From assembly GCA_977030845.1 (NCBI GenBank), contig OZ365116.1:12958001-13022000 (forward strand): DNA of 64,000 nt, read 5' to 3'. The notes under the pieces were generated by a model, which was not told where the DNA came from, did no database searches, and saw only the letters and a list, made by a program, of their open reading frames with translations. Shown one piece after another: positions 40,146-52,322 of this stretch. Made by a program: the position numbers and the translations under genes. The stretch's first letter is position 1; the number at the start of each line of letters is the position of its first letter. The stretch comes from Fimbriosthenelais zetlandica. Taxonomy: Eukaryota.

Positions 40146-40729
40146 GTCTGTACTATAATGTAAAAGAGACAATATATACAAGTGGAAATATAGGTATATA
40201 GTATGTCATACATGTGAAATGACTTTTAGTCATTGGTTTGTTTTACCCTTGAGCGTCTATGTCTTAATTAGCTAATTAACACCTGTGATTTTAATTGCTC
40301 TAGTTTGCTGCCTTTGGGGCATACCTTCCTCCTTCATTAGGAATTTATCCTCATCGCTCAGTCAGCTCCCCCAGGGATGTTGAGTCCTAACACTTAAAAA
40401 AAACATCCCCCCAAAAAATAGAGCTGGAATTCATGTCCGAAGATAGCAATCCGTCCGCCGAATGTGTACATATGTGGATAGAACACGTTTACACTTTAAT
40501 ATATACATACCCACTTATTTTATTTAATAAATGTATTTTGTAATTTTCAGTTGTGAGTGCACGCTTCACCTCGCCCTCCGTTCTCGATCTCATGCAGCAC
40601 GTGGCCAGCAACACCTCCAGCCAAGCAATGAAACGCATTCCAGGAATCAACGGTCATTCCACCGCTCATCTCTTTCAAGGTATGTCTTTTTTATTTGGAT
40701 TATTGTAGATCCGTATAGAGCAAATCATG

Positions 40730-40932
40730 AGCGTTCCAATGATGTATAGCACATGGAGATGTGAAACATATTTATATTTTTAACAAAATTTCAAAATATA
40801 AAAGTAGTGACAGCGGAAACTGCAGAAAATGCATATTTCAGACAATTCTCTGTCAAACTGGACTAGATCTTGATTGAAGGGACACGCATAAATGCGAAAA
40901 TTTTTAATGCGAAAATGTTAAGAGAAATATAG
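40730..40932 (+). repeat. Second copy of the family-F internal segment (no TIRs)
   Basis: Aligns with 39200-39437, e.g. CCAATGATGTATAGC, TTTCAAAATATAAAAGTAGTGACAGCGG, ATTTCAGACAATTCTCTGTC. Confidence 0.8.
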
Positions 40933-42125
40933 ATTTTATAACAAAAATCACTCCTAACATCAGCCTGAAGTGAAACAGGAATATTGACAAATTTCTGAAT
41001 TATTACATTGTCCCTGGACTTGGCAGAAACCCGAGGTTTCTTGGTACATATTATGGATTTCCAAAACTTTCATTGTTTCCCCGACTGCGCATTTTATCTC
41101 TCGTCCACAGTGTTAATTGCTGTTTTACACAATTGATATTTTATATCAACTGTTCTTCCTCATACTGTTAAGTACCCTTATTATTGGAAGGTTGCCAATT
41201 CATATAGAAAGACCTCTCCAAAGAGACCCTTTCTCATATTACTCGGGCCACCCTTATTCAGAAAACAATTGCCAGAATCTGTTATAGAATCTGTCAATAT
41301 ACCAATGAAACTGAACAGACGAGATATTATGGAGGAAATGGTGTTGAGAGAAATGAAAGGAAAACAGTAAGAAATTCTGTGTGAAGCGACAAATGGATAT
41401 GGTCTACCTAAACAGAAATATCATTCCTGATATACTAGACACTCTACCCAACACTGTACCGGCAAGGAAACAAACAATTAAAATGCTTTCCATATTACAA
41501 AAAGATCTCAAAAAGGCCGCTTTTATTGGGCTTTTAGTTCGTGTGAATGACTTGGGAAGTAGGGATAGAAATGCTGGGGTCAAGTCATAGTCTACAAAAG
41601 GGCGAATTCTAACAATGCCTTTGCACTGCTCTTTTAATGCCCTCACCTTGGTATTTTTGTTCTTGGCTTACTCTAATCAGGAAGCTGGTGGTTTCAACCA
41701 TAACCAGGGTTTACTTAAACCAAAACGACTTGTTTCTCTGTGTTAGTTTTAGGCCTGGTTCTATCACCTCAGTCGTGCCTTCACCTGGGTACAATGAGCC
41801 TATACAGTGATGGTATAACATACTTCATGTCTTTGTTGGCATCTTTTTGCCCATCTTGTACCTTTGTTATAGAGAGGGTCTTTTTTCCACCATCTACCTG
41901 CCACTATGCTCCCTCTGGGGGATGTATATATACGATTTTTATCAAGGCTTTCAATGAAGGTGGCTCAATGGGTGGTACTTATGGTAGTTGGGATTGTCCA
42001 AGGTGATCCTAAAACCAGACAGCGTCTGAGATAACGAATATATACGGAGAGACAAGCGAGTAACGTACAAATATAGGCAAGCAGATAGACAGGCAGTCGA
42101 TTCCCGCGCAGAAAAAGACTATTAA

Positions 42126-42320
42126 AGCCTGGAACCCACTAATCCGATTCTCCAATCCGTCGCCATCCGAAACCCTATTTCTAATGACATCTAAAGATTG
42201 AAATTTTGTCAGTGTTTAGCCTTACTTAGGTGTAAAGATCTGTCCAAATTACAAGCATAAATATAGATTCGGACTGTCGGATGGCGCCGAATAGAGAATC
42301 GGACTAGTGTGTTCCAGGCT
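42126..42320 (+). mobile_element. MITE family A, copy 6
   Basis: TAA|AGCCTGGAACCCACTAATCCGATTCTC ... GAGAATCGGACTAGTGTGTTCCAGGCT|TAA. Confidence 0.92.
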
Positions 42321-43064
42321 TAAGGCAGACTCGTAGAAAGTTATGAAGTCAAACCCGCAGCCTAATTGAGCTCTCCATCTGAGTCCTTGGCCTGCCTTTA
42401 TGCCTAAAAACTCTCTTTATTCCTTTCTTCTTTCAATAGAAACCAGCATTACAATGGTTGCCTAATCCCTGCAATGTACCCACACACACATTGAGTCATA
42501 CAATAGTACCTTTAATCAGATTCAACCAGTGGTCTTGTGTGTACCATGGCCACAGCAGCTATCCCCACCTCGACCCACCTGACCCCCTTAACTATAAAAC
42601 TCTGATATAACCAAAAAAACTATTGGCAGGCCTTTCTCTATAATGACAGAATTCATAATAACCCATCAACAATGAAGTGGGTAGGAGAACAATTTTCTCT
42701 CACATTCCACGGTAAATTTTCACTAAATTGGAAATTAATAGCTAGATTTGAAATGTCATCAAATCTGCATTTCAGTCTGGGGCTGATCAGGGGGTTGAGT
42801 ACTATGTTACAATTAGTTGTTTTTTCTTCTGGTTGACTTCATCTCCAACTGACAAGGTCTAGTCAGCTATGATGTAACTGATGACGCAAGGTGCGGTCTG
42901 CCACCTCAGCCTATTCACCCCTATATACACCTAGTTATCTCACCTTACATTCTGACACCCCGCCCATGGCCTACCAGCAGAAAATAAATCCCTTAAATCC
43001 CTTGAATCTCAATGCAATAAAATGGAAGCGATCTTACACTATTTTCGGCACAGACATTGTGTTA

Positions 43065-43262
43065 TGCCGGGCCCACACAGAGGCGATTTGCCCAAGCGAT
43101 GCAGAGTGATAGTATATTTCTAATCACACCCAATGCTTGTAATCTTGTCAGTGGTTAGCTTTAGCTAGGTTTAAAGGACTTAAAATTACCAGCATTAGTT
43201 GTGACTAAAAATATACTATCGCTCTGAATCGCTTGGGAAAATCGCCTTGTGTGGGCCCGGCT
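43065..43262 (+). mobile_element. MITE family B, copy 4
   Basis: TTA|TGCCGGGCCCACACAGAGGCGATTTG ... AAATCGCCTTGTGTGGGCCCGGCT|TTA. Confidence 0.92.
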
Positions 43263-45263
43263 TTAAAGGCATAGATCTCGCTTCGTTTCAAACAGTTGGG
43301 CGATGCAATTCCATCATTATTATTCCAACTTTTCCATTTCTTTCATGAACCTTTACTCTCTATGTTCTGCTTTGTACAAAAGGGCTTTTAGTGGCAAAAG
43401 GTCATGTACCCTGCAAGCTCCGCTTCCTACACGATTCAAGGCGGAAGAGGAGGCCAAGTGACGACAACCTCTTTTGTTAAAAGATATTTGAAGGGCATTA
43501 AAACCTAGGGATGATCCCTTACCAAAGAAGGAACCGGGCGTGGGCTTTTTCTAGTTTGGCATATATAGTGTCGGGTATATTAAGAAGGTCTAAGTAGTTG
43601 TGTACACTCGTTAAAACTCTCCTCAAGGACTGGAGATCTACTTACAGTCAACTTGTCAGTAACCCTCAAGGGTGTCCTGTGCCCAAAAGGTTCACAGTGG
43701 AAATAATCTCTCCCACTGGCTCAAAGAATTGCCCATTTTTACTTAATTTCCTATAAAGTAACATATAAATGACAAAGTCAATATTGGCTCGCTTCTTTTT
43801 CTAGCTTCGTTTTTTCAACAGAATTGGGCTGGCTACTATTTCATTTCCTCTATAGCTGTATATAGCCCACAATGACTGACTAAAGAGCTATTGACATTTC
43901 CACCCCCTTCATCCGACTTTACCTGAGTGAGTGAACTTACCCAATATGACATCACTTTTATATAGGAAAACGTCACAAATCCTCAAGCCACATTCTTCCC
44001 AGCCATTTAAGTGCACCAATTTAAATTGCTTGAAAAAACACTATTATATCCATATAAAGCCAGAAGCTTTTTCTTCCTGAATTTGAGTGCATTTATTTCT
44101 ATATCGGTGAATTTTCTCACCATTTAAAAAAATTAAATTCCTGGAGAATATTTCTACTTGTGGAGGAGATTCACAACTTATACAAGATCTTTTGAAGAAC
44201 ATTCAGTTTAGAGGACATTGTTTGCCAAAGAAACTTTGCCATCGAGTATCAAATTAAAGCTTGTATATATCCGAGTGGAAAACATCCACTGCAGTGCAGA
44301 GTCATCCAAAAGCTGTAACATTGTCCCCCAACCTTATCTGGCTGGATTCATTGTCCATGCAACTCAGGGCTGTGGCAAAGGCAATCACATCTGTACACAA
44401 ACCTATCACCAGTGTAATAGCAGCAGATTGTCATTCTTACTCCATCTCCCATCATCCCTGGTGCTGGCCAAGGATAAATATTGTGATAGCTCTAGAAGTA
44501 GGGACCCAGAAGAAGTGTCTGATATGTTAGGGTTGTCAATACCCTATAATAATCACCCCCTTTCAGTGAGATTGTGATGCTTGGATCTCCACCAGTATTA
44601 TAAGGGATAAACCCTAGACAGACAGATCCTAGACAAGAGTAACATATATAAGGCTCATGTTTTCCTTAATTCCTGTGGTTTAATGCTATTGTGTTGAGCC
44701 TCATTGTTGTGTCTATTCACCCAGCCATTCTTTGTGAAAAATATTTTCAGAAATGAAAAGTTTAGAAGTTTAGAGATGAAACACCAGGTGTTCTCTCAAG
44801 AAATTCTTTCAGTTAAAGGACAACAACTTGTTTTAAGTTGTAGTGATTTGCATCCACTTCCCCAACGCCTTTAGCGACAAGGTTAACCTAGAAAATTTAG
44901 GGTCCTAATTTCAGGTGTTAAAATCAGCAGGGGAAGAAATGTGAGTGTCCCCCATCATCCCCATGTCTTCTCCCTACGATAGTGTCAGACTTCCCAAGTA
45001 GACTCAGGTGTGCAAAGAGATCCTCCTCCTTCCAGTGACCACAGTGCTTCTATTGACTCCGAGCCAAAGTCAATAGACGATTTATTATTAGAGATTATAG
45101 GCCGATTGACTTGTGATTAAAGCTCTATTGTTATTGCAGTTAGTGGTGTACTTTGCTGCCTTACAATAGGTCATTGGGTTAAGGTTTAAGTCCAAGCTGG
45201 CCACCAAATATGTTAGCACAACACACAGCTGAACACATTGTATATGTACATCTTTTAGCGTTA

Positions 45264-45496
45264 TGCCGGGCCCACACAGAGGCGATTTGCCCATGCAAGC
45301 GATGCAGAGCGATAGTATATTTCATAGACAAATGTTTATGGTATATTTCTAGCCACAACCAATGCTTGTAATTTTAACAGTCCTTTAAACCTATCTAAGT
45401 TTAACCACTGACAAAATTACAAGCATTGGGTGTGTAACTTGAAATATACTATCGCTCTGCATCACTTGGGAAAATCGCTTCTGTGTGGGACCTGCA
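45264..45496 (-). mobile_element. MITE family B, copy 5 (with ~30-bp internal insertion)
   Basis: TTA TSD, family-B TIRs, inverted core, extra CATAGACAAATGTTTATGG segment. Confidence 0.9.
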
Positions 45497-46159
45497 TTAT
45501 AAGCGCAACTCAACTTGCTTCAGTTTAAAAGAAATGTATCTTCAGAGGACATGGATTCAGCGCAATAAATGGTGCAGGGCAAGGACGTAGGTGGTCCTGG
45601 AAAGATCTACAATGATTTATGACATGCAAGAATGATATAAGGTCATAAAATAGTTACATATTTGTGCACCGAGAATCGCTCCGTGATCATATAACCCATT
45701 CATCAGGACGTATCCTGGTTTGTCATTTAAATATAACAAAACAAAATACCTGGGATTATTACAAGACAAAAGAGAACCACCCCCTCATCCAACTATAGGC
45801 GTTGGCCGCCATTTTTTTGAGCATCCAAGACAATTATAAGATTCCGAAACTTTTCGAGAACAAAAGCCGCTTAATTTAGCACCTTATTCTTTGATGAGCT
45901 ACATTAGATGTGTTGTAGGAGGTAGCAGGTATAAAGGGTAATACATCATTGTTATGTAAGTATATGTATTAGGGATGTTCTGCTTGTCTTACACTGTAAT
46001 TGACTGTGACTCGCGGTGTGGTAATGTTGGGTGGGGCAGGGTGATAATTGATGGGTCATGCCACCATCAGTGTCTTGATTTATTTACCCATGCCTGGGGT
46101 ACTATGTTACTAACGTATTATCACTCAGTCTCTGATAATATGAGGGGGCGAGATGAGCC

Positions 46160-47060
46160 TTTTTTAGTTTAATGTCAATGAACTTCCATTTCCACCCCAA
46201 TTGCTCTTTGTCTTGCATCTACCAGAAATCTAATAGGAGTCTTTGAAACCTACCAATGTAGAAATTCGCCAGAGTAATTTAAATTTAAACAAAAGTTTCT
46301 GACCTCTGTCCAAAACTCACTTCCTCTTTCACCTTTGTTCCTTTTCCGAAATGACCAAATTTGGTGCTCTGATACCATCTGAAACATACCACCCTAGTCC
46401 ATTATTTAATGATTTAAGACAATTGCTTTAAGTTTTCATCCTCCATTTGTACCCCTTAAATTCTTTCTATAAAGGTGTGGGTGACCCTATATCCCCTCTG
46501 GTGGCCAATTAGTCACCTTTATAGATGGCCAGCCAAGCATCATGACACCACCTGCCGTCCTCTCGTCCTTTCCGATATCCCTTTTTAAAGCCTGGAACAC
46601 ACTAATCCGATACTCCAATCCGTCGCCATCCGATACCCTATTTCTAATGATTTCTAAAGATTGAAATTTGGTCTGTAGTTAGCCTTACCTAGGTGTAAAG
46701 GTTTGTTCAAATCACAAGCCTTTGGTGTGAATAGAAATAGTTTTGGACAGTTATCGGATGGTGTCGGATAGAGAATCGGATTAGTGTGTTCCAGGCTTAA
46801 TAAGGAGCAGGTTGAGTGATTTCTATTGGGCATACCAATGACATACCGGAGGTTCCATCAGCTGGGGCTTTGTTTATGACCTCTGATCATCTCCCAGTTA
46901 CAACTACTTGTAGAGGCAATCCTGGACTGCCACCAACACCTGTTGAAGAATTGGTCTTGAATTGGTCTTGGATTTGTTAAGGCCACTCACTTACTTCAAA
47001 CCTGGCATCAGTTACCCCGAGATACTTGTATGAGATGTCAGATTTAAAGAAAGTTTCTTT
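46160..47060 (-). pseudogene. Degenerate L1/Tx1-like ORF2 C-terminal relic, interrupted by MITE A
   Basis: Minus strand YKYLGV (47030-47013), then GR*xxVINK and LRYV motifs across frameshifts, and IWYQxxKF... near 46380. Heavily disrupted. Confidence 0.35.
46589..46797 (+). mobile_element. MITE family A, copy 7
   Basis: TAA|AGCCTGGAACACACTAATCCGAT ... ATCGGATTAGTGTGTTCCAGGCT|TAA. Confidence 0.93.
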
Positions 47061-48883
47061 TTGAGAGAATTCTGACCTCTATACCATTCTATATCCCATC
47101 TATTTACCTCTCCAGAAAATCAAAAACAAAAACACGAAACAGTTTCTTCAACTGTTTCCTAAAGAAAATAAATGCTGTAGAACAATTAGCCTATAGGTTT
47201 CCATCGCCATTCCTTGAATATTTCGGTTGGTCCTTTTCACAAGTTGGAACCAAGGAGAGCAGTATATTTGTCACTTTTCTCCTCATCCTAACTTAACTAA
47301 GCATTTTCACGGTCGATTTTATGGTCAGCCTTTTAAGAGTATATACCATTCTACTTTGAACACACTTTTTCATATGTTAACTATGAAATGCATGCATTGT
47401 ATAGTGAGCCACACAAACCAGTTCTCAGAATCCTCTGGAAATTATCCAGTAGTGGCAGCATTTTAAATAAGATGCATTTCCATTATGACCCACTTTTCAA
47501 TTTAAAATCCACATATTGGGCTCATATTGTATTTCAAGCCCACACCTATGAGGAGAATGGCAACCATTACTCAACCTACCCATCTTAACTGCTTCATTGT
47601 GTGAGATGCTTCTTTCCATTGCTCTCCCCTCTGGTCAAAAAACTCCCAGCCTCAGCTAAAAAAGAAAGTTAATCAAATTTACCTCAGGTCCCATCAATGA
47701 AATGTAAAGGTTCGCTCATTGTCAAATGGCCAGCGTTTGCCTAGCTCACACATCCTCCCCTTGCTCATGTTTAGAAATACTTATCCCTATAGTCATCCCT
47801 ACATTAAATGCCCCTTACACCTTCGGCCTATTTCTATATATATTACACTTTAATACAGTTTTCATTTTATAGAATTTTTGGCACAAATTGATGGAAAAAT
47901 AAATAGAGATTATCAAGATTGTGGAAGATGTGGATTTGGTATGCGGGCTGCTAGGCTGGCCTATGGTGACCTCTGACTGGAGAAGTTATAATCGGGATAT
48001 TACGGGGTTGAAGTATGCACATATATGCTCACTCCCTTCCACCTATATATATATGTATCTTGGGCCATTTTTCAGAGCCCTGAGTAATCCCTGAGTGAAC
48101 CGGTGCCAAATTTGGACTTTATTGAATCTCTCCACAAAAAGTAAATAAAAAAATGAAGTCTGGTCATTGAAATACCTCCCTGGATGCTAGCCAGATGATA
48201 TGAGGGAATGAGGAAAAAAATGTAAGCTAGAGTTTCAGTACACCATTATATTGCCTGGCTTTGCTACTTCATGGCATGTTTGGAGGCCAAGGACAAAACT
48301 GGGATCGAGATTTGAAACTATTGTGTTGTGAGATAAACCTCAGTGTGTCTTCGTTAAAGGCACCTTTCCATGTATACACTCTTTTGCTCTTGATCCTTTT
48401 TCATTTTCTTTTTTTTTCGCTTTTCAATGGTGTCTTTTTATAAGAGATCTTTTTCTAATATCACTCAGCAAATTGGATGAACTTAATTCTCCCCGCTAAA
48501 TGGTGGAGAGATTTGATCGGATAGGCCCAATTATTGTTTTGAAAGAAGGCTAGAAGACGATTTGTGGCCAGTCAGTGAGTGAAGAGGTGACTACAACACC
48601 TTTTATTGTACTTGAGAGATACCTACTCCTTACCAAGACTCTCTGCCTTCTCTCTCCCCCACTAGTAATAGCCCCTTATACATTGGCCGGACCCAGACCT
48701 TCTATACCGTATCATGTTTCAATCCGTCGACAACACTAAGATGGCTTCCATGCTTGGATGACTGCAAATTAAAGCTTTTCTAACAGTGATATTCTCGGAT
48801 ACAATCAGTGTGCTGAAAATGACGTGGGGAGGCTTTCAGGGAAACGATTGGGCTGAAGAAATGGGACAGAGGCTGTTTGAAAA

Positions 48884-49894
48884 TGTATTATTCGTATTGC
48901 AATAATTATGATTCGGGATGCAATGGCCTTGGCTTTTCTGGGGATACCAGTTGGTAACTTTATTATGTTTCTGGGGATCCCAATTTGTAACTATGTTTCT
49001 GGGGATACCATTTGGTAACTATATGTTTCTGGGGATACCAATTGGTAGCTATGTTACGTTTCTGGGGATACCAATTGGTAAAGATATGTTTCTGGTGATA
49101 CCAATTGGTAAGTCTATGTTTCTGGGGATACCATTTAGTAACTGTTTCTGGGGATCCCAATTTGTAACTATGTTTCTGGGGATACCAATTGGTAACTATG
49201 TTGCAGTTGTTCGTACAGCAATCTATTTCCTACCGGGACACCAATGAGGAAGCACGTGAGGTTGTTTGTCTTCCTCATCCTGTAGCTAACAGCAGGCGTT
49301 CAGTCTTAAGTTATGAACTGTTATTTTCTCGCCTTATTTTGTAAACAGGCGCAATGGGAAAGAGAAAACTTTGATGTGAAGCACAAAGCACTGGCCTGCA
49401 ACTAGATACTCCTCCAGACTAAAGAAGTAATTATTTAAATTCAGATCTCCGCAAGCTGTCTATTTAATTCTGATATGATGCACTGAATATTGATGGGACC
49501 TCAGAGGAGGCGGTGAGGGGAGGGGAATTTGTGGTATTTGAGGAGGAAATCTTGTCTATTGAGTCTATTGAGAATTAGTGCGAGTTTATGATTTGTATAT
49601 CCCCTTATTGTACGATGAACCTCGCCAATGACGAGGTTCAGCGAGGGCAACGTCGCCGAGCGTTTGCTTCGTTCAAGTACTGTTTCCTTTAAAATAAAGT
49701 ACTGGACAGTTGCTTGTTATTGCATTGACCAAGCACTGTTTTTTCAAAAATATTCCTTGTACAATAGAATCGCCCGACGAAGGTACCCTCGCCGACCCTC
49801 GCCATAGTTACCAATTGATATCCCCAGAAACATATATTTAGCAATTGGTATCCCCAGAAAAGGGCATTGCAATTATTGCATTACGAATAATACA
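48884..49894. mobile_element. Foldback-like element with 24-bp TIR and asymmetric 29-bp subterminal arrays
   Basis: TIR TGTATTATTCGTATTGCAATAATT / AATTATTGCATTACGAATAATACA (23/24). About 9 units of TTTCTGGGGATACCAATTGGTAACTATG lie on the left (48935-49200) and 2 inverted units on the right (49806-49860). Confidence 0.8.
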
Positions 49895-50097
49895 AATCAT
49901 TTTGAAGACCCTACATGACCAATGGGAGGAATAGCTCTATAGACAAAGTTAATGATTATAGATGTCTATTCGGTCAGCTAGTAGGACTCTATAGTAGTTA
50001 TGAGGTTTAGAATCTGGAGGCCAGACGTACTGGTGCCTGCGGCTGCCTGGCTGTCCACTCCACTATTTCATATAAACCACTTTATATGGTTTGTGTA

Positions 50098-50392
50098 CAC
50101 TCTAAGACCAACCAAATGTTGGATGGAGTGGCCATTCAATACAAATCATATATAGCTCAAAACAATGAGGCTACAGAGTGCATTGGTATATCGATGGTTG
50201 TATCCATTTTACTCTATGGTTGAATGGATTGAACTTAGAGTAAAATGTTCGTTTTACTCTAAGGATTCACTCACTAATCGACAATTGTTGTAAATGCAAC
50301 AGTTAACTAGCCTTACTTCTGTGAGAAAAGAGAGAGGTCCAAATATTGGGAATCCAACCGAAAGTACATTTTGTCATTTTGGGTTTAGAGTG
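50098..50392. mobile_element. Candidate CMC/EnSpm-like MITE (CACTCTAA termini, TA TSD)
   Basis: TA|CACTCTAA ... TTAGAGTG|TA, with internal TTTTACTCTA/TAGAGTAAAA motifs including a perfect 12-bp stem (50205-16 / 50236-47). Confidence 0.55.
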
Positions 50393-51649
50393 TAAAAGAA
50401 TGGCTCCAATATAAAAGAGTTTTTTTCATAAAATATATTTTATCGATCCACATGAAGAAGGATCTCACGAGAAGAAACATTTCAACTAACATAAATATCA
50501 GTTTTACTAGGTTTGGGGTATGGATCTTGCCAACAACTCATTGGATGAATTCCATGAAAAAGATACATAAAAAAATACTAAATGTGATTATCTCGGGTCG
50601 AAACAGTATATCAAAAGTTGATATAAATGTATATACAGCTTTGATATACTTCTGATCAGTCAGTCTCTGTTTGTGTGTATATATGTTTACCAGCCAGAAT
50701 GAGGGGCCAACAAGATATATAGCTAAATGGTCATGTCTATGATAGATGTACAGCGTTCAGAGAATCAAAATATCTATTCATGACGGCTTCACGCCATATT
50801 GGATTTCATTTGATTCAAGCAAACAGGAAGATTGACTGGTTGCTGCGGCTAAATTCTAGGGTACGTCTCATAGCCGCTTTAACAAATTACCGAAACAAAT
50901 CGACTAACAAGCCAGCCTCAATACGATACTCTACTTAAGTCCTTTCAAGCTTTTAAAAACTCGAATTTTAAGTAAAGTTGTAGCAAAGTAATCGCAGCCC
51001 TTATCGGGGCAGCCTGTTGGCATACCTGCTTCAAAATTCTTTTGTATTCGGCCGGTTGTATGATCGGTTAAAAGGCAGAGTATGCTTTCTTCCGCGGCAA
51101 ATATATAACCCTCCGATTCCTCCCCTTTAATTATAATATATTTTAGTCCTATTTTGCAGCGTTTTACTGTTCAGGGAATTTAATCAAAGCTTTGGCAGAA
51201 ATCCAAAAGTTACAATTTTTATGAGGATTAAGATTTTTCAGAGAATCATACACCTTTGTAGGTCTGTGTATATATATGGGATGTTAGCTCAGTTGTTGGT
51301 CAGTAGAAACACATAGCCCCAAGACACCTCAATTGATGTCCATCTTGACCATTACGATGTCTAATTTCCCAGCACAGGTACAAATGGAAGGTATGCAGAC
51401 AAAGGTGGACACAGGGCAGAACAAGTGGTCAGGACCTATGTTGTATATACTCGCCCTATGTGTATGTATACAGGCTCGTGGCCTTAGGGCGCCAAATACC
51501 GAATATACTTAAAGCACTGTAACATTCCTAGCCCAGTCAATGAAAGCTATCTGCATCAACAGCTTACTCTTTATGGAGGAAAAGAAAAAGGAAATTCACT
51601 GTATTGAGACCTGAATTTGAAGGTTAACTTGACGTCCTTGTCTCCTTTA

Positions 51650-51852
51650 AGGTGGGACTCCACTGCTGCGATTTTGCTTGCGACACGACTGCGACAAAAG
51701 TGATGCTTGCGTATCAACAAAATTGATGAATTGTATTTGAAGTTTCTAAGGCCTTAAGGCCGTCCTCCACTGGTACATTTCTCATTGCAACACCTGCATC
51801 TTATTTGTCGCTGTAGTGTCGTAAGCACTGTCGCAGCAGTGGAGTCCCACCT
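51650..51852 (+). mobile_element. MITE family C, copy 5 (203 bp)
   Basis: TTA|AGGTGGGACTCCACTGCTGCGA ... TCGCAGCAGTGGAGTCCCACCT|TTA, a perfect 22-bp TIR with TSD. Confidence 0.92.
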
Positions 51853-52163
51853 TTAGCGAATAGAGAATATTTAATGACCCATGGTACATGATCAATATCT
51901 GATACTTTTCACACTTGGGTTGTAAAGTGACATGGAATTTGATTGTAAAGTTCCATGTCCTCCTCTTTTTTAATATTTTTTTTTTGCACTGGAGGATGTG
52001 ACGAGGGATATATTTATACGAGATTAGATGCAGTACTTAGGATGGTTCGAACTGAAGCTGATCAAAAGTATGGGTCTGTTAAAAGAGGGCGAAAGAGGAA
52101 TGATATCGTTAGGGTACGGAAACAGACCAGGGGGTGAGAGGGTGCAATAACAACAGTTGTATA

Positions 52164-52322
52164 NNNNNNNNNNNNNNNNNNNNNNNNNNNNNNNNNNNNN
52201 NNNNNNNNNNNNNNNNNNNNNNNNNNNNNNNNNNNNNNNNNNNNNNNNNNNNNNNNNNNNNNNNNNNNNNNNNNNNNNNNNNNNNNNNNNNNNNNNNNNN
52301 NNNNNNNNNNNNNNNNNNNNNN
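52164..52322. other. Assembly gap (159 N)
   Basis: Run of N in the sequence. Confidence 0.99.

Noticed and set aside
44200-44420. Minus-strand Gypsy RNase H-like stretch (SSQIRLGTMLQ...FSTR)
   Set aside because: The catalytic DAS is not intact and no neighbouring pol domains were recognised.
46366-46377. TGGTATCAGAGC on the minus strand (plant tRNA-iMet primer-binding-site look-alike)
   Set aside because: No paired LTRs or gag/pol, and animal tRNA-iMet gives a different PBS. Likely chance within a LINE relic.
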